From: Promethearchaeota archaeon
Lineage (GTDB): Archaea; Asgardarchaeota; Lokiarchaeia; Sigyniarchaeales; SOKP01
Assembly (NCBI GenBank): GCA_030599585.1
Contig: JAUVNS010000004.1
Span: 128,001-192,000 of the forward strand
Direction: 5' to 3'
Length of the DNA: 64,000 nt
Shown here one piece after another: positions 19,840 to 29,138 of this stretch (positions are counted from its first letter, which is position 1; each line of letters begins with the position of its first letter). The notes beneath the pieces were generated by a model that searched no databases, was not told where the DNA came from, and saw only the letters and a program-made list of their open reading frames with translations. Made by a program: the position numbers and the translations under genes.

Positions 19840-19989
19840 TCATTAATATATAAGTATTAATTGACCTATTTAAAGGTATCGATTATTAAATATAGATAGC
19901 TCAAGCCTTCTACTAACGAGATTTTAGGTTTTTCAAACATTTTGTATAAAAAAAAATTAAAAAAAAAAAGAAAAAAAAAATTACTTTCT

Positions 19990-20142
19990 TTACTTCTCAC
20001 GTTCAAATATTACATACGTTCCGGTTACGAATCTAAATTCCCAACCTTCAGCTGCTAGCGCATTTAAAAGGCTTTCAAACTGTTCTACTCCTATTTTAGG
20101 ATTCATGTTCCCTTTTTCATATATTACTTTATACTCTTTCAT
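19990..20142 (-). CDS. DUF4177-like 50-aa protein
   Basis: Not in ORF track. MKEYKVIYEKGNMNPKIGVEQFESLLNALAAEGWEFRFVTGTYVIFEREK* (EYKV...LN..A.EGWE...FER signature), followed by long T-runs on its strand. Confidence 0.8.
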   Translation of the reverse strand: MKEYKVIYEKGNMNPKIGVEQFESLLNALAAEGWEFRFVTGTYVIFEREK

Positions 20143-20224
20143 ATACTCATCTCTTTGATTTTTACGAATAATAAAGAGAGCATTTATAGATAAATGTTAT
20201 ATATTGTGAGAAGATTAAGAATTA

Positions 20225-20290
20225 TATGATTACATGGATTTTAGGTATAGCCCTAAAGTCTTTGTTCTAATCAAAAGATTTTGAAATGAT
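20225..20290 (+). pseudogene. Degenerate duplicate of the 5' end of the 21214 membrane-protein gene
   Basis: 32 nt identical to 21213-21244, a 1-nt indel, 19 more identical nt, then decay; encodes only MITWILGIALKSLF*. Confidence 0.85.
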
Positions 20291-20326
20291 TTTATTATCT
20301 TTGTTTATTTTTAATGGTAGAAAAAA

Positions 20327-21091
20327 ATGGCAACTTCTATTGTAATTGAGGGTAAAATCTCTGTAGATGCAGTTTTACGATCAAAATATCGTAAGATTCT
20401 GACTATATATTATGATGTTGCCAAGCTCCAGAGAAAAAAGAATAAAAAACGAGTAAGATATCTCAAGCAGACACTTGAATCAGCAAAATCCAAGGAAGTT
20501 AAGATTGAAGCGGTGGATCAAAAATGGTTTGAAAAACATGCAATTGGAAAGACACACGGAGGACTTGCTGCTATTGTAAGTAAAAGAACCTATCAAAAAA
20601 TACCTGAACTCTTGAAATCAATACCAGGCATATTTTTTTTTTTAGATGGAATTGAAGATCCTTATAATCTTGGTTATACGATACGGTCATTATATGCCGC
20701 AGGAATTGATGGAATCGTGATGAAACAGAGAAACTGGCTTGATGTGGATGGAATTATTATCAAATCTTCTGCAGGCACCTCAGAATTAATGCCAATTGCG
20801 TTAGTTGAAGATATCGACACAACGGTAAACTTCTTCAAAACTAAAAATTACACCATTGCTTGCACTGGTAAAGATGATGGTCAGTCAATATATCAAAGTA
20901 ATCTGAAACCCCCGTTATTTATAGCAATCGGGGGTGAAAAAAGAGGCATTAATCGCAATTTTTTAGAGAAGGCAGATTTACGGCTTACGATTCCATATGA
21001 GCGAGAATTTTCGGGATCGCTACCGCTTAATTCGGTAGCAGTTATAATTGGATTTGAAATTCTTAGACAACGAAGTTATTCCAACAACTAA
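20327..21091 (+). CDS. SPOUT TrmH/RlmB-family 2'-O-ribose RNA methyltransferase
   Basis: LDGIEDPYNLGYTIRS, KSSAG, IGGEKRGI, TIP...SLPLNSVA motifs. Confidence 0.92.
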   Translation: MATSIVIEGKISVDAVLRSKYRKILTIYYDVAKLQRKKNKKRVRYLKQTLESAKSKEVKIEAVDQKWFEKHAIGKTHGGLAAIVSKRTYQKIPELLKSIPGIFFFLDGIEDPYNLGYTIRSLYAAGIDGIVMKQRNWLDVDGIIIKSSAGTSELMPIALVEDIDTTVNFFKTKNYTIACTGKDDGQSIYQSNLKPPLFIAIGGEKRGINRNFLEKADLRLTIPYEREFSGSLPLNSVAVIIGFEILRQRSYSNN

Positions 21092-21213
21092 GTCATCTTC
21101 AAATTCAAGAAATCTTCAAAATACTATTATGTTGCCAGAGAATAGATAATTTTATTATGGTACCAGAAGGCAGATAGAAACAATTATATTTATAAAAATT
21201 CATATAAAATATT

Positions 21214-21981
21214 ATGATTACATGGATTTTAGGTATAGCCCTAATTATCTTTGTTCTAATCAAAAGGTTTGGAAAGGATGGGAGAGTCGAGGGATATCCG
21301 CTTGGAATGCCTCGTGGGACAATTAGAGCGATAATTACCATAATGGTCGTATCTTTTCCCTTTACATATATCCTTTATAACACTCAAATTCCTTCTGAAG
21401 TTGTCAATACGATTTTTATTTTAGTAGCGTTTTATTTTGAAGCTCGAAAGGGTCAGGATAATAGATTAAAAATTATTGAGGAGATCAAAAACCCGGAAAA
21501 GGTGTCTGAAGAGAAAAGAAAGACAAAAAAGCCACTTTATCTTCCGAGATACACAGTAAGAATATCTTTGATGATTTTCCTAATTGTCTTCTATCTAATT
21601 GATCTTTTTATTCAAAATATTTCCTTAGAGTTAACTAACACGCTTATAGATATACTCGTCATTGCAATACTTTACTTTATAGGTACTTTTTTTCGAGCAA
21701 TAGGGCAAATATTTTCTAAGAAAAAATTGAAAGAACGAATTGAAGAAATACCTAGCTACCAAGAGTTATCAAAATACGACATCCTTGAGAAACTTGACGA
21801 ACAAAAACGTGGCAGTATCAGTAGTATTGGAAGAAACCTATTTTCTATTATAGTCTTCATTGCAGTAACTTCAGCTCTATTCTTATTCACCATAGATATC
21901 GATTTCGCCTTGATTTTTAACGTATCGTTACGAAGATCATTGTTACTACTAATTAACTTGTATTATGGTTTCAGAGATTAA
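21214..21981 (+). CDS. Hypothetical membrane protein with internally duplicated TM hairpin module
   Basis: PLGMPRGTIRAII...FYF and PLYLPRYTVRISL...LYF repeats. Confidence 0.8.
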   Translation: MITWILGIALIIFVLIKRFGKDGRVEGYPLGMPRGTIRAIITIMVVSFPFTYILYNTQIPSEVVNTIFILVAFYFEARKGQDNRLKIIEEIKNPEKVSEEKRKTKKPLYLPRYTVRISLMIFLIVFYLIDLFIQNISLELTNTLIDILVIAILYFIGTFFRAIGQIFSKKKLKERIEEIPSYQELSKYDILEKLDEQKRGSISSIGRNLFSIIVFIAVTSALFLFTIDIDFALIFNVSLRRSLLLLINLYYGFRD

Positions 21982-22106
21982 ATTTAAATTAAAATAATTT
22001 CTTTTTTTTTAATTCTCTTAAGTTCTTAACGTTTTTACAGTAAAAAGGCATAGATTTATTTTTATTCATTAAATCAACTATCTTAAAAACACGAATAGTA
22101 ACGATC

Positions 22107-23351
22107 ATGAAATACCGAAAAATGGGTTCATTAGGCTGGGATGTTTCTGCTTTAGGTTTTGGGGCAATGAGGTTGCCAGTAGAAAAGGTGAAAGACGAAA
22201 AAACGGGAGAAATGAAGTTAGATATTAAAGAAAACGAAGCTATTGAAATGATTCGCTATGCTATTGATAACGGTGTAAATTATATTGATACAGCATACCC
22301 TTACCACGGTGGAAAAAGCGAAGTGCTCGTTGGAAAAGCATTACAAGACGGGTATCGTGAGAAGGTTCACCTTACTACGAAATTACCGATGTGGATGGTT
22401 AAAAACACAGAAGATTTTGATACTTTTCTCAACCAACAGATCGAACGACTACAAACAAATCCTGATATTTACTTGTTCCACGGGTTAAACAAAGCAAGAG
22501 CTGAAAAAATCAAAAATTTAAACTTGTTCGAGAAGATGGAGCAAGCGAAGGCTAAAGGGATAATTAAATATATTGGATTCTCCTTTCACGACACCTTTGA
22601 AGCGTTTAAAGAGATAATAGATATGTATAATTGGGATTGCTGCCAGATACAATACAACTATCTTGATATAGAATTTCAAGCGGGAATTGAAGGGTTAAAA
22701 TATGCAAGGAGCAAAGATATAGCAGTAATAATTATGGAACCAATAAGAGGTGGAAAACTAGCGATTCCAGAAGATAAATTAGATTTATATCCTGAAATTA
22801 AAAAGACTCTTGAAAAATCAAAAATTAAAAGGAGTACGCCAGATTGGGCATTACAATTTATCTGGAATCACCCCGAAGTTTCTGTTGTTTTAAGTGGGAT
22901 GAGTACGATGCAACATGTTGTAGAAAATATCGACTCTGCAAATAATTCAGAGATGGATTCCTTAACTGAAGCTGAATTGGCGACAATATCAGAATTACGT
23001 GAAGCTTATGGAAAGTATAACGTCGCTCCTTGCACGAGCTGTGGTTACTGCATACCCTGTCCTAATGGCGTTTCAATTCCATTTATTCTTAGATTGCTGA
23101 ATGATCTCGCATATTGGGGTGAATCTGGTAAAGAACGAATCTCTTTTTTCTATAATTATATGGCAAAAACTCAAGAAGGTATCGAAGAAAGGAAATCTAA
23201 AGGGGAAGAATTCGATGGGGCTGCTACATTATGTATTCAATGCGGAGAATGTTTGGAAAAGTGCCCACAACAGATTGAAATTCCTGATTTCATGGAGAAA
23301 GCAAATGAGATATTTGAAAATGGCAAAAGTATTTCGGAAATATTATTTTAA
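22107..23351 (+). CDS. Aldo/keto reductase with C-terminal 2x[4Fe-4S] domain
   Basis: SALGFGAMRLP, NYIDTAYPYH, TTKLP, GFSFHD, IMEPIRGG; CTSCGYCIPCP and CIQCGECLEKCP. Confidence 0.93.
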   Translation: MKYRKMGSLGWDVSALGFGAMRLPVEKVKDEKTGEMKLDIKENEAIEMIRYAIDNGVNYIDTAYPYHGGKSEVLVGKALQDGYREKVHLTTKLPMWMVKNTEDFDTFLNQQIERLQTNPDIYLFHGLNKARAEKIKNLNLFEKMEQAKAKGIIKYIGFSFHDTFEAFKEIIDMYNWDCCQIQYNYLDIEFQAGIEGLKYARSKDIAVIIMEPIRGGKLAIPEDKLDLYPEIKKTLEKSKIKRSTPDWALQFIWNHPEVSVVLSGMSTMQHVVENIDSANNSEMDSLTEAELATISELREAYGKYNVAPCTSCGYCIPCPNGVSIPFILRLLNDLAYWGESGKERISFFYNYMAKTQEGIEERKSKGEEFDGAATLCIQCGECLEKCPQQIEIPDFMEKANEIFENGKSISEILF

Positions 23352-23488
23352 CAATAAAATTAGAATTTTAGCTAAAACAATAGAACTTAACTATAAATAA
23401 ACAATTTAAAGTATCGAATTTTAATTTTAATATTAATTTCAGAATTCATTTTCCTAAATGAAAAAAAAAAAATTGAATGAGATAAAAT

Positions 23489-23650
23489 ATGGCGATTAAA
23501 TGGAAACTTTTCAGAATGTCTTTCCCAAAAGTTTGTGGTAAATGCGGAGCTTTAGCTAATATGGAAAGAGAGTATTGCGAATCTTGCGGAGCCCAGAACA
23601 GCCTTAGAGAGGTTACAAAAGAGGATTACCGTAAATATCTGAATAAGTAA
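23489..23650 (+). CDS. 53-aa zinc-ribbon microprotein
   Basis: Not in ORF track. MAIKWKLFRMSFPKVCGKCGALANMEREYCESCGAQNSLREVTKEDYRKYLNK*. Confidence 0.75.
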   Translation: MAIKWKLFRMSFPKVCGKCGALANMEREYCESCGAQNSLREVTKEDYRKYLNK

Positions 23651-23700
23651 AATAAATTAGATATTGTAGAGAGATCAATAAATAAGGCATTTAAGGTTTT

Positions 23701-23889
23701 TTATTCTTTTAAACTTTTTTTAATCTTTTGATACAAATCTTTAAGTCCGGTTTCGTTAAGAAATTGGTCTATTTTTGATGTTGGTCTTAATGCTTGGGGT
23801 TCACTGTCTTTTACTAATTCGCTACCACAATACTCACAGATATTTTGATTAGGATCAGCGTAATCAGTATCACAATTTGAACATTTCAT
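23701..23889 (-). CDS. 62-aa zinc-ribbon protein
   Basis: CSNCD...ICEYCGSEL plus amphipathic C-terminal helix. Confidence 0.75.
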   Translation of the reverse strand: MKCSNCDTDYADPNQNICEYCGSELVKDSEPQALRPTSKIDQFLNETGLKDLYQKIKKSLKE

Positions 23890-24062
23890 TTTAGTATCGA
23901 AATCTTTTAGGCTTAATTCTTATAATAAAATACTCAAATTATAATATTAAATTTTACTGAATTGACTTTTCTCTGTAATTTCTTATACAATTAAAATTAG
24001 TTATTTCAACAGTAATCTTTAAAATTAAAAAAAAAAAAAATAAAAAAATAAGATTTATTTGA

Positions 24063-24806
24063 CTAAACTTTTCCATATTTCTTAAATAGAAAAATGCCAA
24101 TGAATACTATTATAATGCTAATCAACGCAATCATACCGAGTTGCATCAATATTTCTACTGCAAATGGAGAACCTCCACCGAATATTGTTGTAATGGCATT
24201 GGTGACGTAATAACTTGGGAGAAAAGCACCAATAATTCTAGTAGTTTCTGTCAATGGGATAAATGTTCCAAAGAACATTTGTGGGAGAATAAATATAAAT
24301 GATATTCCCGTGGCAGCACCAGCCGATTTAGCTATTGTAGCAGTAATTAGGCCTAGTCCAACAGAGCATAATGATAAAAATAACATAAAAATAAATGCCA
24401 TTATAACCCCAAAGACATCCACATTTGGTCGAAAGCCCATTAAAAGAGACAATAGAAACACTATTGCAAGCTGAATAACTGCGATAAACAGATTTGTAAT
24501 GATATGACTCCCTATAAATTGGCTTGAAGGTGTAGGTGTTACATTTATCCTTTTTAATAGCCCATTTTCTCGATCATCGGTAAAAGACATCGACACAGTC
24601 ATTATTATAAAGATACACGCATAAGCAAATAATCCAGGCGCCATTGTATCAAATAATGGCGGGTCTGCACCACCTAAACTTCCAAATGCTAATCCAAATA
24701 CTAATGTAAGTATGGCAGGAAAAAGTAAATTAAGAAATAAATTAGCTGGTTCCCTTAATACTTTCAATAGTTCCATTTTTACGAGCGCTAAAACTCTTTG
24801 TATCAT
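24063..24806 (-). CDS. ABC-2 type exporter permease
   Basis: 6 TM; DRENGLLKRINVTP; adjacent to ABC ATPase. Confidence 0.92.
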   Translation of the reverse strand: MIQRVLALVKMELLKVLREPANLFLNLLFPAILTLVFGLAFGSLGGADPPLFDTMAPGLFAYACIFIIMTVSMSFTDDRENGLLKRINVTPTPSSQFIGSHIITNLFIAVIQLAIVFLLSLLMGFRPNVDVFGVIMAFIFMLFLSLCSVGLGLITATIAKSAGAATGISFIFILPQMFFGTFIPLTETTRIIGAFLPSYYVTNAITTIFGGGSPFAVEILMQLGMIALISIIIVFIGIFLFKKYGKV

Positions 24807-24810
24807 TTTT

Positions 24811-25779
24811 CTAAACCCCCTCCATAATTCTTCTTCCAGTTATTTTCATAAACACTTCCTCTAAATTTTTTGCATCGTGTTTTTTCATGAGTTCTTTTGG
24901 AGAACCAAGGGCAATAAGCTCGCCGTAATCTACGATGCCTACTCTATCGCATAGAGCCTCTGCTTCTTCAATATAATGAGTCGTTAAAACTATTGTCTTA
25001 TCTTGTTGTTTTAGATCCCCAATGAAGGTCCAAGTTTTCCGTCTAACGCGAGCATCCATTCCTACTGTGGGTTCGTCCAGAAATACAATTTGAGGATCAT
25101 TAATTAAAGCAATAATTAGATTTAACTGCCGAACCATTCCGCCACTATAACCTTTTGCTTTCCTATTACTTGCCTCTTCTAACCCCGATGCTTTAAAAAA
25201 TTTATCAGCTCGTTCTTTTAACACATTTTTATCCATTTCAAATAAATTTCCAAAGAGTTCTACATTCTCTCGCCCTTTTAGAAATTTAAAAACCGAAGGT
25301 TCCTGAGGACAAACTCCAATAATTTCCTTTATTTTGTTTATATCTCTTTTAACATCGTATCCTCCTACAGTTGCAGTTCCTTCCGTGGGATTTAACAACC
25401 CTACAAGCATGTTAATTGTCGTAGTTTTGCCTGCTCCATTTGGACCTAAAAGACCAAAAAGCTCACCTTTTTTTATTTCAAGGTTTATTCCGTTTACAGC
25501 CGTAACATCGTCGAATTTTTTTACGAGATCTTTAACGACTATCGCACTTTCTCCATCAGGATCAAATATATCTTCAGGTTTTTCCCTTTTAATTTTTATT
25601 TTCGAAGCTTCTCCGGGTATAAGGTTTTGTAACCTCATAATTTCTTGCTCAAGAGCTTCGATTTTATCAAGGTGTCTTACGATTTCATTATCTTTTGTTT
25701 TTATATCCTTTTTAAGATCATCTATTAACTCTTCCATTTTTTCTTCATCATCCATTTTAACAATAATTTTATTTTTCAT
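24811..25779 (-). CDS. ABC exporter ATP-binding subunit (DrrA/CcmA-like) with extra N-terminal coiled coil
   Basis: GPNGAGKT, YSGGM, FLDEPTVGMD, LTTHYIEEAE; about 75-aa charged N-terminal extension. Confidence 0.93.
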   Translation of the reverse strand: MKNKIIVKMDDEEKMEELIDDLKKDIKTKDNEIVRHLDKIEALEQEIMRLQNLIPGEASKIKIKREKPEDIFDPDGESAIVVKDLVKKFDDVTAVNGINLEIKKGELFGLLGPNGAGKTTTINMLVGLLNPTEGTATVGGYDVKRDINKIKEIIGVCPQEPSVFKFLKGRENVELFGNLFEMDKNVLKERADKFFKASGLEEASNRKAKGYSGGMVRQLNLIIALINDPQIVFLDEPTVGMDARVRRKTWTFIGDLKQQDKTIVLTTHYIEEAEALCDRVGIVDYGELIALGSPKELMKKHDAKNLEEVFMKITGRRIMEGV

Positions 25780-25843
25780 TAGAGATTAATTAATAATTTG
25801 TAGTCCGATGTTTGTGATAAAGCTATTTCAATAGTATATATTT

Positions 25844-25860
25844 TTGATGGTAGGCATCAA
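25844..25860. promoter_or_regulatory. Palindrome TTGATG-N5-CATCAA upstream of the ABC operon
   Basis: 6-5-6 inverted repeat next to a TATA-like element, between the Lrp-like gene and the ABC genes. Confidence 0.35.
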
Positions 25861-26094
25861 GTGGTAAAATAGGAACATTAAAAAGTAAAAATGGGCGTTT
25901 CTTAACCCGTTTAGGTGATAAATTATCCCCCCAAAATGGCACCTTTCTGAGAAAAATTTTATCTAATTACCACCTAATGGATTTTTTCCAAATTTTTGAT
26001 TTTTGGTATTTAAATAAATTTCGTAAAAGATCTTCCTATTTTTAATCCAAAAAGGTTTGAAATTGCATGTTAGGAAAATTAAAATTACATAAAA

Positions 26095-27039
26095 CTAAGC
26101 TGTATTTCCACTTATTTCTTTTACTTTATCTTCTAGATACTTATTCCTCCATGTTGGAAAGATTTTTCCTCCAATTCCAATATTTATTGAAATTGATTCG
26201 AAATCGTCTGAATTGAGTGAAGTTTGAATATCCTGTAATTCTTTCATTGAGTCAACCCAAATACAAATGATAATAGTATTCGGTAGGGTACTAAATGTCC
26301 ACGTGAATAATATTTTTTGACCATACTTACTGCGCAAAGTTTCAATAATTTTCGTTTTATCAACCTTAATACTTGGTTTAATAGTTAATATTACCATCAC
26401 CGTGACCTCTGAGCATTTATCGGGATACCAATGTATTGAGAAATCAATAAGATGATTTTCAATTAGCCTATCTAAATGACGTCTAACAGTTTTAGTTGAA
26501 ACCCCAACTTCTTCTGCAATTTCTACTATCGTTTTTCTTGAATTGTCTTTTAGCGCATTTACAATTAAAAAATCGGTAGTTGAGAGATTAATTTTTCTTG
26601 TCATATCTACTTCTGTTCCCAGCGGCATAGGGGAGCTATCTAATCCCACTTTAAGTTCAGGAATCTCAGCCGTTTGTTTAACAAATGAAACTAGGGGTTC
26701 CAAATCGCTTAAATTTCGTAAATATGCATGGATAATAAATAAATTACCACTATGTTGAGAAACTGTGTAAATATTTTCATTTACCCCTAATTTTTCAATC
26801 AAGTCTTCAACATGTTTTGCCTTAGAGGTTCCAAACATAACTACGTTTGAAGGAATTGGCTTGAAAACCCTAAAACTTAGAGTAGTTACGAATTTATCAA
26901 GTATTCCTAAATTTACCATTGTTTTAACTCGTTTATGGATAGAATTAACGCTCATTTTGAAGGATTCAGCAAGTTCTCGATATGGAGTCCTAGAATTCCA
27001 GACAAGCATCAAACATATGGTAAAATCAATTTCATCCAT
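26095..27039 (-). CDS. Tandem (double) Lrp/AsnC-family transcriptional regulator
   Basis: Two HTH units (NSRTPYRELAESFKMSVNSIHKRV; NSRKTIVEIAEEVGVSTKTVRRHL), each followed by a RAM-like domain. Confidence 0.88.
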   Translation of the reverse strand: MDEIDFTICLMLVWNSRTPYRELAESFKMSVNSIHKRVKTMVNLGILDKFVTTLSFRVFKPIPSNVVMFGTSKAKHVEDLIEKLGVNENIYTVSQHSGNLFIIHAYLRNLSDLEPLVSFVKQTAEIPELKVGLDSSPMPLGTEVDMTRKINLSTTDFLIVNALKDNSRKTIVEIAEEVGVSTKTVRRHLDRLIENHLIDFSIHWYPDKCSEVTVMVILTIKPSIKVDKTKIIETLRSKYGQKILFTWTFSTLPNTIIICIWVDSMKELQDIQTSLNSDDFESISINIGIGGKIFPTWRNKYLEDKVKEISGNTA

Positions 27040-27281
27040 AGTATTATATTTCTCTAATTTCTTACCGTTAAATAAAAATTCGATTATACTTCACATTATA
27101 CAAAATTAGAAGTATTTCAAATATGATTAAACGAGATAATTAATTATGCCTCTAATAAGAATATTTATGCAAATTTAGCGTGATTTATTGAGGGTTTAAC
27201 TTCTATTTTATAATCACTTAAATGTGGTAATTATAAGGATTAAATACAAAAAGAGCACATTATTTAGTATGAGGATACATT

Positions 27282-28256
27282 ATGGGAAAAAAAAATCACC
27301 CTGAAGCCTTTCAAGGAAATTTGAAGAAGAATTATTATTATGAAGGTTGGTATAATAAAATCATAGATAAAAATCAAGACTTCATTTATGCTTTTATTCC
27401 AACTATCGCCATTAATAAGAAAAAAAACAATTCTCACGCATTTATACAGATTTTAGATGGAAAAACAGGAAATACTAATTATGTCAAATACGAATTAGCT
27501 CAATTTGAAAACTTCGCACTGGATGACTATGATATTAGAATTGGAAACAATTTCTTTTCATCTAAAGGTTTCAAATTAAATATCAATCAAGACCAAACTA
27601 AAATTAAAGGGTTTGTTGAGTATATTAAGCCTGTACTATGGCCTAAAACATTTTTTCAACCAGGAATAATGGGTATTTTAACATTTTTTCCCTTTCTCGA
27701 GACATATCACTCCATTGTAAGCATGAATCATAGCCTTAAAGGCTCTATTGATTTTAATGGTGAAATTATTGACTTTAACGGCGGTAAAGGGTATTTAGAA
27801 AAAGATTGGGGGACTTCGTTCCCAAAAGCATATATTTGGGCTCAAACTAACCATTTTTTAAGTCCTGAATTATCTTTTATATTATCAATAGCGCTAGTTC
27901 CCCTTTTTAAGATAAGAGTTAAAGGTTTTTTTTGTGTAATTTGGTACAAAGGAACTTTTTATAAATTTGCCACTTACACAGGTGCGAAAATTAGCCTACT
28001 TGAAACAACTTCTGAAAGGATTAAAATTAAGATAGAGGATAGAAAATTATCGTTACTTATCTTAATTAATAAGAAAAATATAAGATTTAGTAAGCTTAAA
28101 GCGCCTTTTTCAGGAGCAATGTCAACTGAAATATCTGAAACTATGAATTCTAAAATTAGAATAAAACTTCACGATAAAAAAAATAATGAATTGATATTGA
28201 AAGATACGGGAAAATACGCTGGATTAGATCTTAGCAACATCGAATTACTTCTTTAG
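27282..28256 (+). CDS. Tocopherol cyclase-like protein
   Basis: YYEGWY, PGIMG, GKGYLEKDWGTSFPKAYIWAQTNHF. Confidence 0.85.
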   Translation: MGKKNHPEAFQGNLKKNYYYEGWYNKIIDKNQDFIYAFIPTIAINKKKNNSHAFIQILDGKTGNTNYVKYELAQFENFALDDYDIRIGNNFFSSKGFKLNINQDQTKIKGFVEYIKPVLWPKTFFQPGIMGILTFFPFLETYHSIVSMNHSLKGSIDFNGEIIDFNGGKGYLEKDWGTSFPKAYIWAQTNHFLSPELSFILSIALVPLFKIRVKGFFCVIWYKGTFYKFATYTGAKISLLETTSERIKIKIEDRKLSLLILINKKNIRFSKLKAPFSGAMSTEISETMNSKIRIKLHDKKNNELILKDTGKYAGLDLSNIELLL

Positions 28257-28268
28257 TTAATGTGACTT

Positions 28269-28994
28269 CTATTTATCCATTTTTTCTGACAAAGTTTTTT
28301 TTGAAAATAACCTCTTCTTTAAGGTTACCATTGATGTATCTTCATCATATTCTAAGACATCGATCTTTGCTAATTCGTGGACTGCTCTTAAAACCATAGC
28401 TCCTGCAATACCCGTCGTGTTCTTGATTTCTTCTCTGGACATTTTTTCTTTTTCTCCATGAAGACTAAGCAGTATGCGATAATGCGGTTGTCCTTGCCAA
28501 ATCTCCGAAATTAAAAGTTGTGTAATTGATAATAATGCTTTAATCCTCTCAAAATCAAATTCTGAATCTTGACTCTCTTCTGCTACTTTTGCTAACTTTT
28601 TCAATTCCACCTTTAAACTTGAGTATTCCTTTAATAACCGCTTTTGTTCTTCTGTCAATGAGCCGATTTTCTGGTCTCTCTCTAGTTTTTCTTGTTCAAG
28701 TTTCTTAGTTTCTTCTTCTAGTTTTTTCTTATCGCTTTCTAAACTAGCTTTTTCAAGTTCAAGTTGTGATTTATCGGCTTCCAGCGTCTTAGTGGCTTGC
28801 TCAAGCTGCAGTTTTTCACCTTCAAGTAACTTTTTGTCCATGCTGAGTTGTTCCCTATCTTTTTCAAGCACAAGTAATTCCGTTTTAGCTGTTTCTAAAA
28901 CGTCTATAAATTGTTTAAAATTATCTTCAACAGATCGTAAGGAGCTTTCAATTATTTCTGTAGCACTTTTTTTTTCCGACATTAGATTACACAA
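28269..28994 (-). CDS. Long heptad coiled coil plus C-terminal winged-helix protein
   Basis: LEKDREQ/LSMDKKL/LEGEKLQ/LEQATKT/LEADKSQ/LELEKAS/LESDKKK heptads; MSREEIKNTTGIAGAMVLRAVHELAKIDVLEY. Confidence 0.75.
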   Translation of the reverse strand: MCNLMSEKKSATEIIESSLRSVEDNFKQFIDVLETAKTELLVLEKDREQLSMDKKLLEGEKLQLEQATKTLEADKSQLELEKASLESDKKKLEEETKKLEQEKLERDQKIGSLTEEQKRLLKEYSSLKVELKKLAKVAEESQDSEFDFERIKALLSITQLLISEIWQGQPHYRILLSLHGEKEKMSREEIKNTTGIAGAMVLRAVHELAKIDVLEYDEDTSMVTLKKRLFSKKTLSEKMDK

Positions 28995-29138
28995 TAATGA
29001 TTTTAATTAATAATTATAAGTCAAATTAAAATATATAAGTTAGATCTAGTATAAAATAATATAGAAAAATATTAAACTCCTAATTATCCTCAAAAAAGTT
29101 CAATTTCACGATAATTAAAACAAGAAATGTAATTAGTC

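Noticed and set aside
27282-28256. Tocopherol biosynthesis
   Set aside because: The family occurs widely in anaerobes without the pathway; no partner genes nearby
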